Assembly (NCBI GenBank): GCA_029071325.1
Contig: JAIEAP010000001.1
Location: forward strand, 105,764 to 169,763
DNA length: 64,000 nt
From: Lachnospiraceae bacterium
GTDB lineage: Bacteria > Bacillota > Clostridia > Lachnospirales > Lachnospiraceae
Direction of reading: 5' to 3'
Shown: piece after piece, positions 10,162-20,561 of the stretch
Layout of the letters: each line of letters starts with the position of its first letter
How positions within the stretch are numbered: the first letter of the stretch is position 1
Program-made: the position numbers and the translations under genes
Notes under the pieces: generated by a model
What the model was told of the DNA's origin: nothing
Databases searched by the model: none
What the model saw: only the letters and a program-made list of their open reading frames with translations

Positions 10162-13100
10162 ATGTATACAGTGTTATTGGCATTGCAGTATATCAGCATA
10201 TTGGTACTTGTGCTGGAGATTGTGTTTGTGCTGTATCGGAGAAGTACAAAGCTTCAGAACATATTGTTGGTGGTGCTGGTATCAACATTGATCAATTTTG
10301 TCGGATACCTGTTCGAAATGCAGGCAACGACCCAGGCAGACGCTTTGCAGGCGGTGAAGTTTATTTATCTGGGCAAGCCATTTGTCATACTTTTCATACT
10401 GATCTTTTTTATGGAACGCATGCATATCAAGGCACCAAAGTATTTATATCTGGTTCTTGGAATCATGCATCTGACGGTAAGCGGTCTGGTGCTTACCTGT
10501 GAACATCATTCTCTGTTTTATAGCAGTATTGATTATACACAGGAAGGATTGTTTCCTCATCTTGTATTAGGTCATAGCGCGTTCTATATGGTGTATCATG
10601 TCATTATCTTGGCATATTTTGGATTCATGCTGGTGGTGGGCACAAGGCGACTGCGGCATACAAAAAACAGGAGAGAGAGGATGCAGATCATATATCTGGA
10701 TGCGCTTGCCGCGGTGTCTGTGATTGGACTGCTGGCGTTCTTTGGCGGAGTGAGCGGAGGATATGATACGACCATACCGGCATACTTGATTTCCACGCTG
10801 CTGCTGTTGGTACTGATCACAAGATATGATTTGCTGGATGCCCTTGTTCTTGCAAAAGAAAATGTAATGGACGAGTTTGCAGATGGTCTGATCGTGTTTG
10901 ACCAGGAGAATGATATACTGTATGCCAACGAAAAGGTGCATATGATTTTCGAAGAGCTGGAACGCGCGGATGCAGCAAATGTTGAAGAACGGCTGCACGG
11001 TTATTCTGTTACCAGTCAGAAAATAATGCACGGGAATGATGTCTACGAGGTGCATGAGAAAGAGATCATAAAGGACGGCAGGCGGTATGGTATCATATTT
11101 GTTGTCAGAGATGTGACAGAGAGCTATAACTATGCGCTGGAATTGGAAGAACAGACAGCGATCGCAAGGAAAGCGAATCGTGCAAAATCTGATTTCCTGG
11201 CGAAAATGTCTCATGAGATCAGAACTCCCATCAATGCGGTCATGGGTATGAGTGAGATGATTCTCCGTGAAAGCAGAGAGGAGGGGATCAGACATTATGC
11301 CGTAGATGTCCAGAATTCTGCGAATGCGTTGTTGGGAATTGTCAATGATATTCTGGATACCTCTAAGATCGAATCAGGAAAAATGGAAATCATCCCTGTG
11401 CAGTATGAGCTGGACAGCCTGCTCAATGACGTCATCAGTATGGTATATATAAAAGCACAGGAGAAAAAGCTGGAATTAGAAGTGATCGTTGACGAAAAGC
11501 TGCCCAACGGTCTGGTGGGAGATGATGTCAGAATCCGCCAGATATTGCTGAATCTTCTGAATAATTCTGTTAAATATACGCAGGAAGGCAAGGTTACGAT
11601 TGACGTGCAGGGGCATAAGGATGGAGACGCCATGCTTATGCATTTTGAGGTCCGGGATACCGGTATCGGAATGAAGGAAGAAGACCTGCCCAAGCTGTTT
11701 ACTGCATTTGAGCGGATCGAGGAATCAAAGAACCGGGGAATTGAGGGAACCGGGCTTGGAATGAGTATTGTTTTTGAACTGCTGAAGCTTATGGGCACAG
11801 AGCTGAAGGTGACCAGTACATATGGAAAGGGCTCCTCTTTCTCGTTTGAGTTAAGGCAGGAGGTATACCAGGACGCTGCCATTGGCAATTTTGCTGAGCG
11901 GAGCAAAAAACTGCATCAGGTACATGTATATACATCGTCATTCATTGCACCTCAGGCGAAAATTCTTCTGGTGGATGATAATGATGTGAACCGGAAGGTA
12001 TTCTGTAGTCTGCTCAAGGAGACCGGTGTGCAGATAGATGATGTTGATTCCGGTTTTGCCTGCCTGGACAAGATACAGCGGCAGAGCTATGATATCATTT
12101 TTATGGATCATATGATGCCGGAAATGGACGGCGTAGAGACGTTGCACCGTATGGGAGAATTAGAGCATAAATGTAAAGACACTCCGGTCATCGTTCTTAC
12201 GGCAAATGCAGTTGCCGGGGCAAGGGAGGGGTATCTGAAGGAAGGATTTACAGATTATCTGTCAAAGCCGGTGAATTTCCAGAAGCTGGAGAGCCTGATA
12301 CAGAAATATCTGCCGGAGCGGCTTGTGCAGACTGCCGTGTCAGAGGATTCGGGAAATAACGGTGTTACTCGAATGGAAGATAAAGTAGGATATAGAAGTA
12401 ATATCAGATACAAGATTCTGGTGGTGGATGACAATCCCATCAATCTTCAGATGGCCCGGAAGATACTCAAAGACCGCAGCCAGGTATATACCGCGGACGG
12501 CGGGGAAGCTGCTTTTGCTGTGATGGAAAAGATAAAACCGGATCTTGTGCTCCTGGATATTAATATGCCTGGCTTAAATGGATTCCAGGTGATCGAGCGG
12601 ATGAAGTGCAGCGTTGCATTGCAGAGTATCCCTGTGATATTCCTGACCGCAGAGCGAAGTGGGGCGGTGGAAAGCCAGTGCTTCGCTGCGGGAGCATCGG
12701 ATTATGTGACAAAACCATTTACGCCGGGAGTATTGATATCGCGTGTGGAACGGGTCATTGCTTTAAAAAAATATCATATGCACCTGGAGGACATGGTAGA
12801 GACACAGTCCGAAGAATTACTGAAACGTATGGAAGAAATCAACTTTATCCAGCGGGAAGTGATCAATTCCATGGCGAGTCTTATTGAAAGCAGGGATGAC
12901 AGCACGGGAAACCATATCAAGCGTACCGGTTGGTATGTAGAGCGCATTACCCATATACTGAAAGCAGAAGGTTTATACGGCGATATTCTGACGGAACAGT
13001 ATTTGGAGAATCTTTTGAATGCGGCAGCGATGCATGACATAGGAAAGATCAAGATTCCCGATCAGATTCTCCAGAAGCCGGGGAGGCTGACAGCGGATGA

Positions 13101-14007
13101 GTTTGCGATTATGAAGACTCATGCAGCGGAGGGTGGAAATATCATCCGTGACGTATTGTCCGGCATTGAGACAGAAGACTATATTACTGTGGCATATGAT
13201 GTGGCAGTCTTCCACCATGAAAAGTGGGACGGTACAGGTTATCCTCAGGGAAAGGTCGGTGAGGAAATCCCGCTGGCTGCAAGGATCATGGCGTTGGCGG
13301 ACGTGTATGATGCACTGAGCAGCAAACGCTGCTACAAGGAAGCGATGTCCGATGAGGCATCGTTGGCAATTATCCGGGAATCGGTGGGAACGCATTTTGA
13401 CCCTGCCATTGCAAATGCCGTGCTGAAACATTGGGATTACTTTGTATCCGGCGTGGGGCTTGAAACAGAAAAAGAGACCGAAATACCGGATTCAGCTGAA
13501 ATGCCGGGACAGACTGGGATACAGGAATCTGATCTGCCGGCCTCGTTGGAAGATGCAGAGATAGAAACTGTACAGCAGGAAGAAGCGGTGGAACTGCCGG
13601 AGCTTGCAGAATTTGACTGGGATTTTGCAAGACAGTATTTTCACGATGATCAGATGCTGATACAGACGATACGGGATATCTGTATGTCAATGGATTCAGA
13701 CATGGAAGAACTTCAGAACTGGTATGACGAATTTACTGCGGAAGAACAATCGGAAGAAGCGGCGTCTGCGCTTGAACACTATAGGATACGGGTACACGCG
13801 GTAAAGGGTAATATGGCAATGATCGGCGCAATGCTTATGTCAAAGCTTGCGCGACTTCTGGAACTGGCTGCCATACAGGGCGATATTTCCAGGATCAGGC
13901 AGGTACATTCTGTATTTATGGAAGAAATGTATGCGCATAAGTGCCGGATGGAGCCACTGACTGTGACACATGAGGAAAAGCAGGAGGCAGATTTGAGTGG
14001 TCGGTAA
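10162..14007 (+). CDS. Hybrid sensor: 7TM - PAS-like - HisKA - HATPase - REC - REC - HD-GYP - Hpt
   Basis: H-box MSHEIRTP; GTGLG; FMDHMMP and LLDINMP receivers; HDIGK and HHEKWDGTGYP; Hpt-like HAVKGNM. Confidence 0.9.
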   Translation: MYTVLLALQYISILVLVLEIVFVLYRRSTKLQNILLVVLVSTLINFVGYLFEMQATTQADALQAVKFIYLGKPFVILFILIFFMERMHIKAPKYLYLVLGIMHLTVSGLVLTCEHHSLFYSSIDYTQEGLFPHLVLGHSAFYMVYHVIILAYFGFMLVVGTRRLRHTKNRRERMQIIYLDALAAVSVIGLLAFFGGVSGGYDTTIPAYLISTLLLLVLITRYDLLDALVLAKENVMDEFADGLIVFDQENDILYANEKVHMIFEELERADAANVEERLHGYSVTSQKIMHGNDVYEVHEKEIIKDGRRYGIIFVVRDVTESYNYALELEEQTAIARKANRAKSDFLAKMSHEIRTPINAVMGMSEMILRESREEGIRHYAVDVQNSANALLGIVNDILDTSKIESGKMEIIPVQYELDSLLNDVISMVYIKAQEKKLELEVIVDEKLPNGLVGDDVRIRQILLNLLNNSVKYTQEGKVTIDVQGHKDGDAMLMHFEVRDTGIGMKEEDLPKLFTAFERIEESKNRGIEGTGLGMSIVFELLKLMGTELKVTSTYGKGSSFSFELRQEVYQDAAIGNFAERSKKLHQVHVYTSSFIAPQAKILLVDDNDVNRKVFCSLLKETGVQIDDVDSGFACLDKIQRQSYDIIFMDHMMPEMDGVETLHRMGELEHKCKDTPVIVLTANAVAGAREGYLKEGFTDYLSKPVNFQKLESLIQKYLPERLVQTAVSEDSGNNGVTRMEDKVGYRSNIRYKILVVDDNPINLQMARKILKDRSQVYTADGGEAAFAVMEKIKPDLVLLDINMPGLNGFQVIERMKCSVALQSIPVIFLTAERSGAVESQCFAAGASDYVTKPFTPGVLISRVERVIALKKYHMHLEDMVETQSEELLKRMEEINFIQREVINSMASLIESRDDSTGNHIKRTGWYVERITHILKAEGLYGDILTEQYLENLLNAAAMHDIGKIKIPDQILQKPGRLTADEFAIMKTHAAEGGNIIRDVLSGIETEDYITVAYDVAVFHHEKWDGTGYPQGKVGEEIPLAARIMALADVYDALSSKRCYKEAMSDEASLAIIRESVGTHFDPAIANAVLKHWDYFVSGVGLETEKETEIPDSAEMPGQTGIQESDLPASLEDAEIETVQQEEAVELPELAEFDWDFARQYFHDDQMLIQTIRDICMSMDSDMEELQNWYDEFTAEEQSEEAASALEHYRIRVHAVKGNMAMIGAMLMSKLARLLELAAIQGDISRIRQVHSVFMEEMYAHKCRMEPLTVTHEEKQEADLSGR

Positions 14008-14045
14008 ATGAAATGCCGCAATGAAGGATAAATTGTGATATGAAG

Positions 14046-14073
14046 AGCCGGCGATGTTTATACATCGCCGGCT
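14046..14073. terminator. Hairpin between convergent genes (likely bidirectional terminator)
   Basis: Perfect 12-bp stem agccggcgatgt/acatcgccggct. Confidence 0.65.
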
Positions 14074-14100
14074 GAGAATCTGTTCTGCGCTGTTTAGGCG

Positions 14101-15303
14101 TCAGCCAAGTTTTCTTGGTTTGGCGCCATTTGTTTTTTTGTTCTGGGCGATCCGCGCCTGCTTTTTGCGGAAAGCGTCGGCTACCTGCTTGATATATTCG
14201 TCAGCAATAAAATGCTTCAAAGTATTTTCGTCAATAGCAATCCTGTTGTCCATGGTCTTCATGATATCCGCAATCTGGATCTCTTTGAAGATTTTGGGAT
14301 TCCGCAGATCCAGAATCTGATTATCGGAAAACTGCAGCACAAGAGGTTTGGAATAATCGTAAGGATTATCCTCTAAGATCAGAGCCTTTTCACCGTTGGT
14401 CAGATCCACACATGCGCCTTTTGGCAGGATGTGAATGCATCTGGAGAGTGCCATGACCACTTTGGTATCATACTGTTCTGGGCGTTCCCGTAGATGCTGC
14501 GCTGCCAGTACCTCGGACAGCGGTTCGCTGGTAAGGCTCATGGCAGTCATGCGGTCGAACTGGTCAGCAACCTGAAGGATCTTGGCGCCGGTAGTGCGGT
14601 TGATCCGCTTGGATGCTTCCGGTGTGCCTGCACCGATCAGGTAAATGACCTGGGAGATATCCTTTAGTACTTCCGGTGCGAATTTCACAGACTGATCCGT
14701 GGGATTCAGATAGTCAAAGCCCACTTTGCGGCAATTGCGCACGGTCTTTTTTTCTTCCTCAGTTAATGGGGTGGTCTTCGCTATGATATTTTCCGGTACC
14801 AGAAGAGAACCGAAATCATACAGCAATCCGGCAGTGACGCATCTCTCCATAAATATCGGCGCCATGTGCATGGTATGGCAGAGCATTGCTGCCAGAATAG
14901 CTGTGCTGATGGAATGCTTGTAGACATAATCTGCAGTGCTCCGCAGGTTCTGCGTAAAGTTTAACTTATGGTCCATCTGACCGTATCTTGAAATGATGGA
15001 ACTTACCAGTGCATTCAGTTTATCCGGCTGCTTGCCGTCCCGAATCATGTTCATGCAGTCCCGGAGCTGGAACATGGCAACCGTCTGAAACTGCTCGAAT
15101 GCGATATCCTCATCGGACAGAGGCGGAACCGGTTCTGCCGGCTCCAGTATATAGATGCCGATCAATTCGAAGTTGCGGACACTGTCGATGCCCTGATCTG
15201 TCAATTCCGAATCACGCTCATACAGCATGACTCCACGTTTATTATAGATAGGCTTTGCCAGCCGCATTCCCGGCTTTAAATCATCAGTCCTTACAAAACG
15301 CAT
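14101..15303 (-). CDS. HD-GYP-family protein with degenerate catalytic motifs
   Basis: N-terminal LKPGMRLAKPIY; YKHS..TA; LLYDFG where HD is expected; no HHE/GYP; ADQFD retained. Confidence 0.75.
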   Translation of the reverse strand: MRFVRTDDLKPGMRLAKPIYNKRGVMLYERDSELTDQGIDSVRNFELIGIYILEPAEPVPPLSDEDIAFEQFQTVAMFQLRDCMNMIRDGKQPDKLNALVSSIISRYGQMDHKLNFTQNLRSTADYVYKHSISTAILAAMLCHTMHMAPIFMERCVTAGLLYDFGSLLVPENIIAKTTPLTEEEKKTVRNCRKVGFDYLNPTDQSVKFAPEVLKDISQVIYLIGAGTPEASKRINRTTGAKILQVADQFDRMTAMSLTSEPLSEVLAAQHLRERPEQYDTKVVMALSRCIHILPKGACVDLTNGEKALILEDNPYDYSKPLVLQFSDNQILDLRNPKIFKEIQIADIMKTMDNRIAIDENTLKHFIADEYIKQVADAFRKKQARIAQNKKTNGAKPRKLG

Positions 15304-15463
15304 ATGCATCACCTCCCAATTTTTCACGGAATCCGTTCACAAACGTGCAAACGTGATTAAACATAGTTTAAATATAGCACAATGCAATAGATATTGGAAG
15401 AAAAAATTCGAATAAATCCTGCAAGTGAAACAGTTCAGTCATTGCCTGATATGGTAACGGCGG

Positions 15464-15492
15464 TTGACGGAAGTTTCAATTGGAATTATAAT
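15464..15492 (+). promoter_or_regulatory. SigA-type promoter
   Basis: TTGACG-17 bp-TATAAT upstream of the cell-wall hydrolase. Confidence 0.75.
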
Positions 15493-15561
15493 CGTTTTTA
15501 TATAGTAGGTATAGTTATAGAAGGTATCAAAACGTATCAGAAAGGTACTATGGGAGAATAC

Positions 15562-16734
15562 ATGAAAAGATACAAAAGAGGCGGATCCCTGCTGGCGTTG
15601 CTTCTGCTGGTCTGCTGTACGGCTGGGCTTGCAGTCCATGCATCGGGCAATACGGGGCAGCAGCTTCGGGAGACAGGGAATGCCATTGACAGGCTGGAAG
15701 AAGAACAGCGGGAGCAGCAGCAGACGTTGGATGATCTGGAGCGGTATCAGGGGAATCTTTCGGCGGAACTGGCGGAACTGAATAGAGGTTTGCAGGAAGT
15801 CAGCAATGATATGACAAGGCTGCAGGGGGAGATTGATGAGACAAATGACCAGATCGCGCAGGCCGAGGGGCAGATCGCGGAGCTGACTGAGCAGTCGGAA
15901 GCCCAGTATAAGGCTATGACTGCCCGGATACAGTACATCTATGAGAACGGGGAGATGACGTATATAACGGCGCTGCTGGGTGCGCAGTCCTTTGCAGATT
16001 TTCTGAACAGGACTACTTATATACAGGAAATACATAACTATGACAGGGAACAGCTTACCTTGTATCAGAATACCATAGCGGAGCTTGCAAGGCAGCAGGA
16101 AGGACTGGAGACGGCGAAGGAGGAGCTGGTTGCCGCGCAGGAGGAGTTGGAGGCCAAGAAAGGGGAAATCGATACCCTGATCGCCCGTTACAATACACAG
16201 ATGGCGGAGGCAAACAGCCAGATTGCCTCGGTTCAGGATGCCATGGCGGAGACAGAGGCGGAGCTGGAACGGCAGCGGGCTTATGAGGAGGAACTGGAAC
16301 GCCGGAAAGCGCAGGAGGATGCCCGGCGTCTGGAGGAGATCCGGCAGCAGGAGTCTGAACTGCCCTCGAATTCCGGGACAGCCGCCGCCGTACCGGCCAC
16401 CAGCAGTGATGTGGCGATGCTGGCGGCTTTGATTGAGTGTGAGGCGGGCGGCGAAAGCTACGAGGGCAAGTTGGCGGTGGGCAGCGTGGTCATGAATCGC
16501 GTGGCAAGCAGCCATTTCCCAAACACAATGATAGAGGTCATATACCAGTCGGGGCAATTCTCCCCGGTGGCAAGCGGACGCTTCGCGCAGGTGCTGGCAA
16601 GAGGAGCGAGCAAAGACTGTGTGCAGGCGGCAAATGAAGTGCTTGCCGGGACACGCACGCTCAATTGTCTGTTTTTCAGGAGAAATAACGGAACCATCCA
16701 AGGGATTGTTATCGGAAATCACGTCTTTTATTAG
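15562..16734 (+). CDS. Secreted coiled-coil cell-wall hydrolase with SleB/Hydrolase_2-type C-terminal domain
   Basis: Signal peptide; long coiled coil; ECEAGGE, VMNRV and QFSPV motifs. Confidence 0.85.
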   Translation: MKRYKRGGSLLALLLLVCCTAGLAVHASGNTGQQLRETGNAIDRLEEEQREQQQTLDDLERYQGNLSAELAELNRGLQEVSNDMTRLQGEIDETNDQIAQAEGQIAELTEQSEAQYKAMTARIQYIYENGEMTYITALLGAQSFADFLNRTTYIQEIHNYDREQLTLYQNTIAELARQQEGLETAKEELVAAQEELEAKKGEIDTLIARYNTQMAEANSQIASVQDAMAETEAELERQRAYEEELERRKAQEDARRLEEIRQQESELPSNSGTAAAVPATSSDVAMLAALIECEAGGESYEGKLAVGSVVMNRVASSHFPNTMIEVIYQSGQFSPVASGRFAQVLARGASKDCVQAANEVLAGTRTLNCLFFRRNNGTIQGIVIGNHVFY

Positions 16735-16783
16735 GAACAGACAGGAATTTTTGTTAAGACCGCACAAAAATTCCTGTCTGTTC
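16735..16783. terminator. Hairpin terminator
   Basis: 20-bp stem gaacagacaggaatttttgt/acaaaaattcctgtctgttc. Confidence 0.7.
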
Positions 16784-16888
16784 TTGATAAAGTACAAGTT
16801 TTTTCCTTGCAAATTGCAGGTATATATGGTAACATCAGTTTGTGACAAAAAGAGCCGTATCTGGCATTCTTTTTATTTTTTGCAAAGA

Positions 16889-16906
16889 TTGTTAAAAAAA
16901 TAACAA
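16889..16906. promoter_or_regulatory. Rex operator upstream of the butyryl-CoA genes
   Basis: TTGTTAA-AAAA-ATAACAA matches the clostridial Rex box TTGTTAANNNNTTAACAA at 13/14 positions. Confidence 0.75.
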
Positions 16907-16930
16907 ATAATGAAAAAAGGAGACGAGAAA

Positions 16931-18115
16931 ATGGCACAGAAAGTAGTTTTAGCAGGCGCATGCCGTACCGCAATCGGTAAAATGGGAGGAGCATTAAGCA
17001 ATACTCCGGCAGCTGACCTTGGTGCGATCGTAATCAAGGAGGCCTTGAACAGAGCAGGTGTGAAACCGGAGCAGGTGGATGAGGTGATGATGGGATGCGT
17101 CATCCAGGCTGCACAGGGACAGAACGTTGCTCGTCAGGCAGCTATCAAAGCGGGACTGCCGATCGAAGTACCTGCATTTACGCTGAATGTAGTATGTGGT
17201 TCCGGTCTGAAATGTGTGAATGAAGCAGCAAACATGATTATGGCCGGTCAGGCGGATATCGTAGTTGCAGGCGGTATGGAAAACATGTCCATGGCTCCCT
17301 ACGCTATGACCAAGGCTCGTTTTGGATATCGTATGAACAATGCGACCATCATCGATACCATGGTAAACGATGCATTGACCGATGCATTCAATCATTACCA
17401 TATGATGATCACCGCAGAGAACGTATGTGATAAATATGGCATTACACGTCAGGAACTGGATGAGTTCTCCGCAAACAGCCAGCAGAAATGTGAGAAGGCT
17501 ATCGCAGAGGGCAAGTTCAAGGATGAGATCGTTCCGGTGCCGGTTAAGGTTAAGAAGGATACCGTAATGTTTGACACCGATGAGGGACCCCGTGCAGGCA
17601 CCACAGCAGAGAGCCTGGCAAATCTGAAGTGCTGCTCCGGCAAAGATGGCGGACTGGTTACGGCTGGTAACGCATCTGGAATCAACGACGGCGCTGCAGC
17701 TATCGTTGTTATGAGCGAAGAGAAGGCAAAAGAGCTGGGCGTTACACCTATGGCTACCTGGGTAGCAGGCGCGCTGGGCGGCGTAGAGCCGGAAATCATG
17801 GGCGTAGGTCCTGTGGCATCTACCAGAAAGGTATTTGCAAGAACCGGACTGACCATCGACGATATGGATCTGGTAGAGGCAAACGAGGCATTTGCTGCAC
17901 AGTCTATCGCTGTTGCAAGAGATCTGAACTTCGATATGTCCAAGGTAAATGTAAACGGCGGAGCTATTGCATTGGGACATCCGGTAGGAGCATCTGGCTG
18001 CCGTATCCTCGTAACGCTGCTGCATGAGATGCAGAGAAGAGATGCTAAGAAGGGTCTTGCTACCCTGTGCATCGGCGGTGGAATGGGCTGCTCTACTATT
18101 GTAGAGAGAGCATAG
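16931..18115 (+). CDS. thlA: Acetyl-CoA acetyltransferase (thiolase)
   Basis: [20 protein letters not shown] and LCIGGGMG motifs. Confidence 0.97.
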   Translation: MAQKVVLAGACRTAIGKMGGALSNTPAADLGAIVIKEALNRAGVKPEQVDEVMMGCVIQAAQGQNVARQAAIKAGLPIEVPAFTLNVVCGSGLKCVNEAANMIMAGQADIVVAGGMENMSMAPYAMTKARFGYRMNNATIIDTMVNDALTDAFNHYHMMITAENVCDKYGITRQELDEFSANSQQKCEKAIAEGKFKDEIVPVPVKVKKDTVMFDTDEGPRAGTTAESLANLKCCSGKDGGLVTAGNASGINDGAAAIVVMSEEKAKELGVTPMATWVAGALGGVEPEIMGVGPVASTRKVFARTGLTIDDMDLVEANEAFAAQSIAVARDLNFDMSKVNVNGGAIALGHPVGASGCRILVTLLHEMQRRDAKKGLATLCIGGGMGCSTIVERA

Positions 18116-18191
18116 ATCGTGTTCCGTCATAAATGAATATACATACCCGGGAGATGCCATTGGCATCGCTCGGGTCTTGTGTTAAAAAATA

Positions 18192-18384
18192 GTTACTATT
18201 CACAGCCACATAAACAGTGGCAGAAAGTTTCATCAAGCTTGCTTGTAAGAAACTTTCTGATACTGTTTATGTGACTGGAATCAGTCACTCCACATACATA
18301 AGCAAAATGGAATGCTGCGAAGCAGCAACAGACAGCTTGCTGGCTGATTTTGCGCATGTATGTGGAGCGGCTGTGAATAGTAAC
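18192..18384. repeat. Family B palindromic element, copy B1 (193 bp)
   Basis: Perfect 16-bp terminal IR gttactattcacagcc/ggctgtgaatagtaac; two long internal hairpins. Confidence 0.85.
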
Positions 18385-18418
18385 AACAAACACTATACAT
18401 ATTTTAAGGAGGTCTAAC

Positions 18419-19291
18419 ATGAAAGTTGGCGTTATTGGTGCAGGAACCATGGGACAGGGCATTGCAAAAGCATTTGCTCAGGTAGAGGGATATGAAGTGG
18501 CTCTCTGCGATATCAAACAGGAATGGGCTGACGGCGGAAAAGACAAAATTGCAAAAGGCTATGCGAGACTGGTAGAAAAAGGAAAAATGACCCAGGAAGC
18601 CGTAGATGCAATTCTGAATAAGATCACCCCGGGTCTGAAGGAAAATCTGTGTGCGGACTGCGACCTGATCGTAGAAGCAGCATTTGAGGATATGGGCGTT
18701 AAGAAAACCACATTCCAGGAGCTGGATAAGATTGCAAAGCCGGAGTGTATTTTTGCTTCCAATACCTCCAGCCTTTCCATTACAGAGATCGGCAATGGAC
18801 TTACCCGTCCGATGGTAGGAATGCACTTCTTCAATCCGGCAGACCGCATGAAGCTCATCGAGGTGATCGCAGGTGTAAATACTCCGGATGAGACTGTTGA
18901 GGCGATCAAGAAGATTTCCGCAGAAATCGGAAAAACCGCAGTACAGGTAAATGAGGCGGCAGGCTTTGTGGTAAACCGTATCCTGATTCCGATGATCAAC
19001 GAAGCAGCTTTCATTAAGATGGAAGGTGTTTCCGATATCGCAGGCATTGACGCAGCTATGAAGCTCGGTGCAAATCATCCCATGGGTCCCCTGGAGCTGG
19101 GTGATTTCATTGGTCTGGATATCTGCCTTGCAATCATGGATGTGCTTTACAAAGAAACCGGAGACAGCAAATACCGTGCATGTCCTCTGATCCGCAAGAT
19201 GGTTCGCGGCGGCAACTTAGGCGCTAAGAGCGGAAAAGGCTTCTATGTGTACAATGCTGACCGCACAAAGACACCGGTTGATGCTCAGTAA
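18419..19291 (+). CDS. hbd: 3-hydroxybutyryl-CoA dehydrogenase
   Basis: GAGTMG, SNTSS, GMHFFNP and GFVVNR motifs. Confidence 0.97.
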   Translation: MKVGVIGAGTMGQGIAKAFAQVEGYEVALCDIKQEWADGGKDKIAKGYARLVEKGKMTQEAVDAILNKITPGLKENLCADCDLIVEAAFEDMGVKKTTFQELDKIAKPECIFASNTSSLSITEIGNGLTRPMVGMHFFNPADRMKLIEVIAGVNTPDETVEAIKKISAEIGKTAVQVNEAAGFVVNRILIPMINEAAFIKMEGVSDIAGIDAAMKLGANHPMGPLELGDFIGLDICLAIMDVLYKETGDSKYRACPLIRKMVRGGNLGAKSGKGFYVYNADRTKTPVDAQ

Positions 19292-19317
19292 ATAAAATTG
19301 ATGGAGGAATTTAGATC

Positions 19318-20472
19318 ATGGATTTCAGTTTAGACAAAAAACATGAAATGGCGAGAACTCTCTTTAGAGATTTCGCTGAAAATGAAGTAAAACCCCTCGC
19401 CCAGGAAGTGGACGAGACAGAAGAGTTCCCGATGGAGACCGTGAAGAAAATGCAGAAATTCGGTTTCATGGGAATTCCGGTACCCAAGGAGTATGGCGGA
19501 CAGGGCTGTGACCCTCTGACCTATGTTATGTGCGTAGAGGAACTGTCCAAGGTATGTGCTACCACCGGCGTTGTGGTTTCCGCACACACCTCATTGTGTA
19601 TCGATCCGATCATGACTTACGGTACGGAAGAGCAGAAGCAGAAATATGTAAAGGCTCTTGCTACCGGCGAGAAGCTGGGTGCATTTGCACTGACTGAGCC
19701 GGGTGCAGGTACTGACGCTCAGGGTGCACAGACCAAAGCTGTGCTGGACGGAGACGAGTGGGTGTTAAACGGCTCCAAGTGCTTCATCACCAACGGAAAG
19801 GTTGCAGACGTATATATCGTGATTGCCATCACCAGCGTGACAGAAGACAAGAGGGGCAGAAAGAAGAAAAACTTCTCTGCATTTATCGTGGATAAGGGAG
19901 CTCCCGGATTCTCCTTCGGAACCAAGGAGAAGAAGATGGGTATCCGCGGATCTTCTACATATGAATTGATTTTTGAGGACTGCAGAATCCCGAAGGAGAA
20001 CCTCCTGGGTGCAGAAGGCAAGGGCTTCCCCATTGCTATGCATACTCTGGACGGCGGCCGTATCGGTATCGCTGCACAGGCGCTTGGTATCGCAGAGGGC
20101 GCACTGGATCGCGCGATCGCATACACCAAGGAGAGAAAACAGTTCGGCAGAAGCATTGCACAGCAGCAGAACACACAGTTCAAGCTGGCAGATATGGCTG
20201 CAAGAATTGAGGCAGCACAGTTGTTGGTATACAAGGCGGCAATGGCAAAGGCGACTCAGAAGGTATATTCCGTAGAGGCGGCTAAGGCAAAGCTGTTCGC
20301 AGCGGAGACAGCAATGGCAGTTACTACCGAGGTTGTTCAGCTCTTCGGCGGATACGGATACATCAGAGAGTACGATGTGGAGCGCATGATGCGTGACGCT
20401 AAGATCACTGAGATCTACGAGGGAACCTCTGAGGTTCAGCGTATGGTAATTTCCGGAGCATTACTGAAGTAG
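19318..20472 (+). CDS. bcd: Butyryl-CoA dehydrogenase
   Basis: [20 protein letters not shown] and [10 protein letters not shown] motifs. Confidence 0.95.
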   Translation: MDFSLDKKHEMARTLFRDFAENEVKPLAQEVDETEEFPMETVKKMQKFGFMGIPVPKEYGGQGCDPLTYVMCVEELSKVCATTGVVVSAHTSLCIDPIMTYGTEEQKQKYVKALATGEKLGAFALTEPGAGTDAQGAQTKAVLDGDEWVLNGSKCFITNGKVADVYIVIAITSVTEDKRGRKKKNFSAFIVDKGAPGFSFGTKEKKMGIRGSSTYELIFEDCRIPKENLLGAEGKGFPIAMHTLDGGRIGIAAQALGIAEGALDRAIAYTKERKQFGRSIAQQQNTQFKLADMAARIEAAQLLVYKAAMAKATQKVYSVEAAKAKLFAAETAMAVTTEVVQLFGGYGYIREYDVERMMRDAKITEIYEGTSEVQRMVISGALLK

Positions 20473-20561
20473 CAGCGAACGAGCATGAGAAAATGCGAAG
20501 CATTTTCGAATCGTCTGCGATGGCATTTATATTAAAAAAATATATAAGGAGTGAATATACC

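Noticed and set aside
15439-16848. Long antisense ORFs (also 1643-2248, 8635-9561, 16994-18166, 27178-28197, 39135-39884, 46012-46824)
   Set aside because: Shadows of well-supported genes on the opposite strand, with no recognisable motifs
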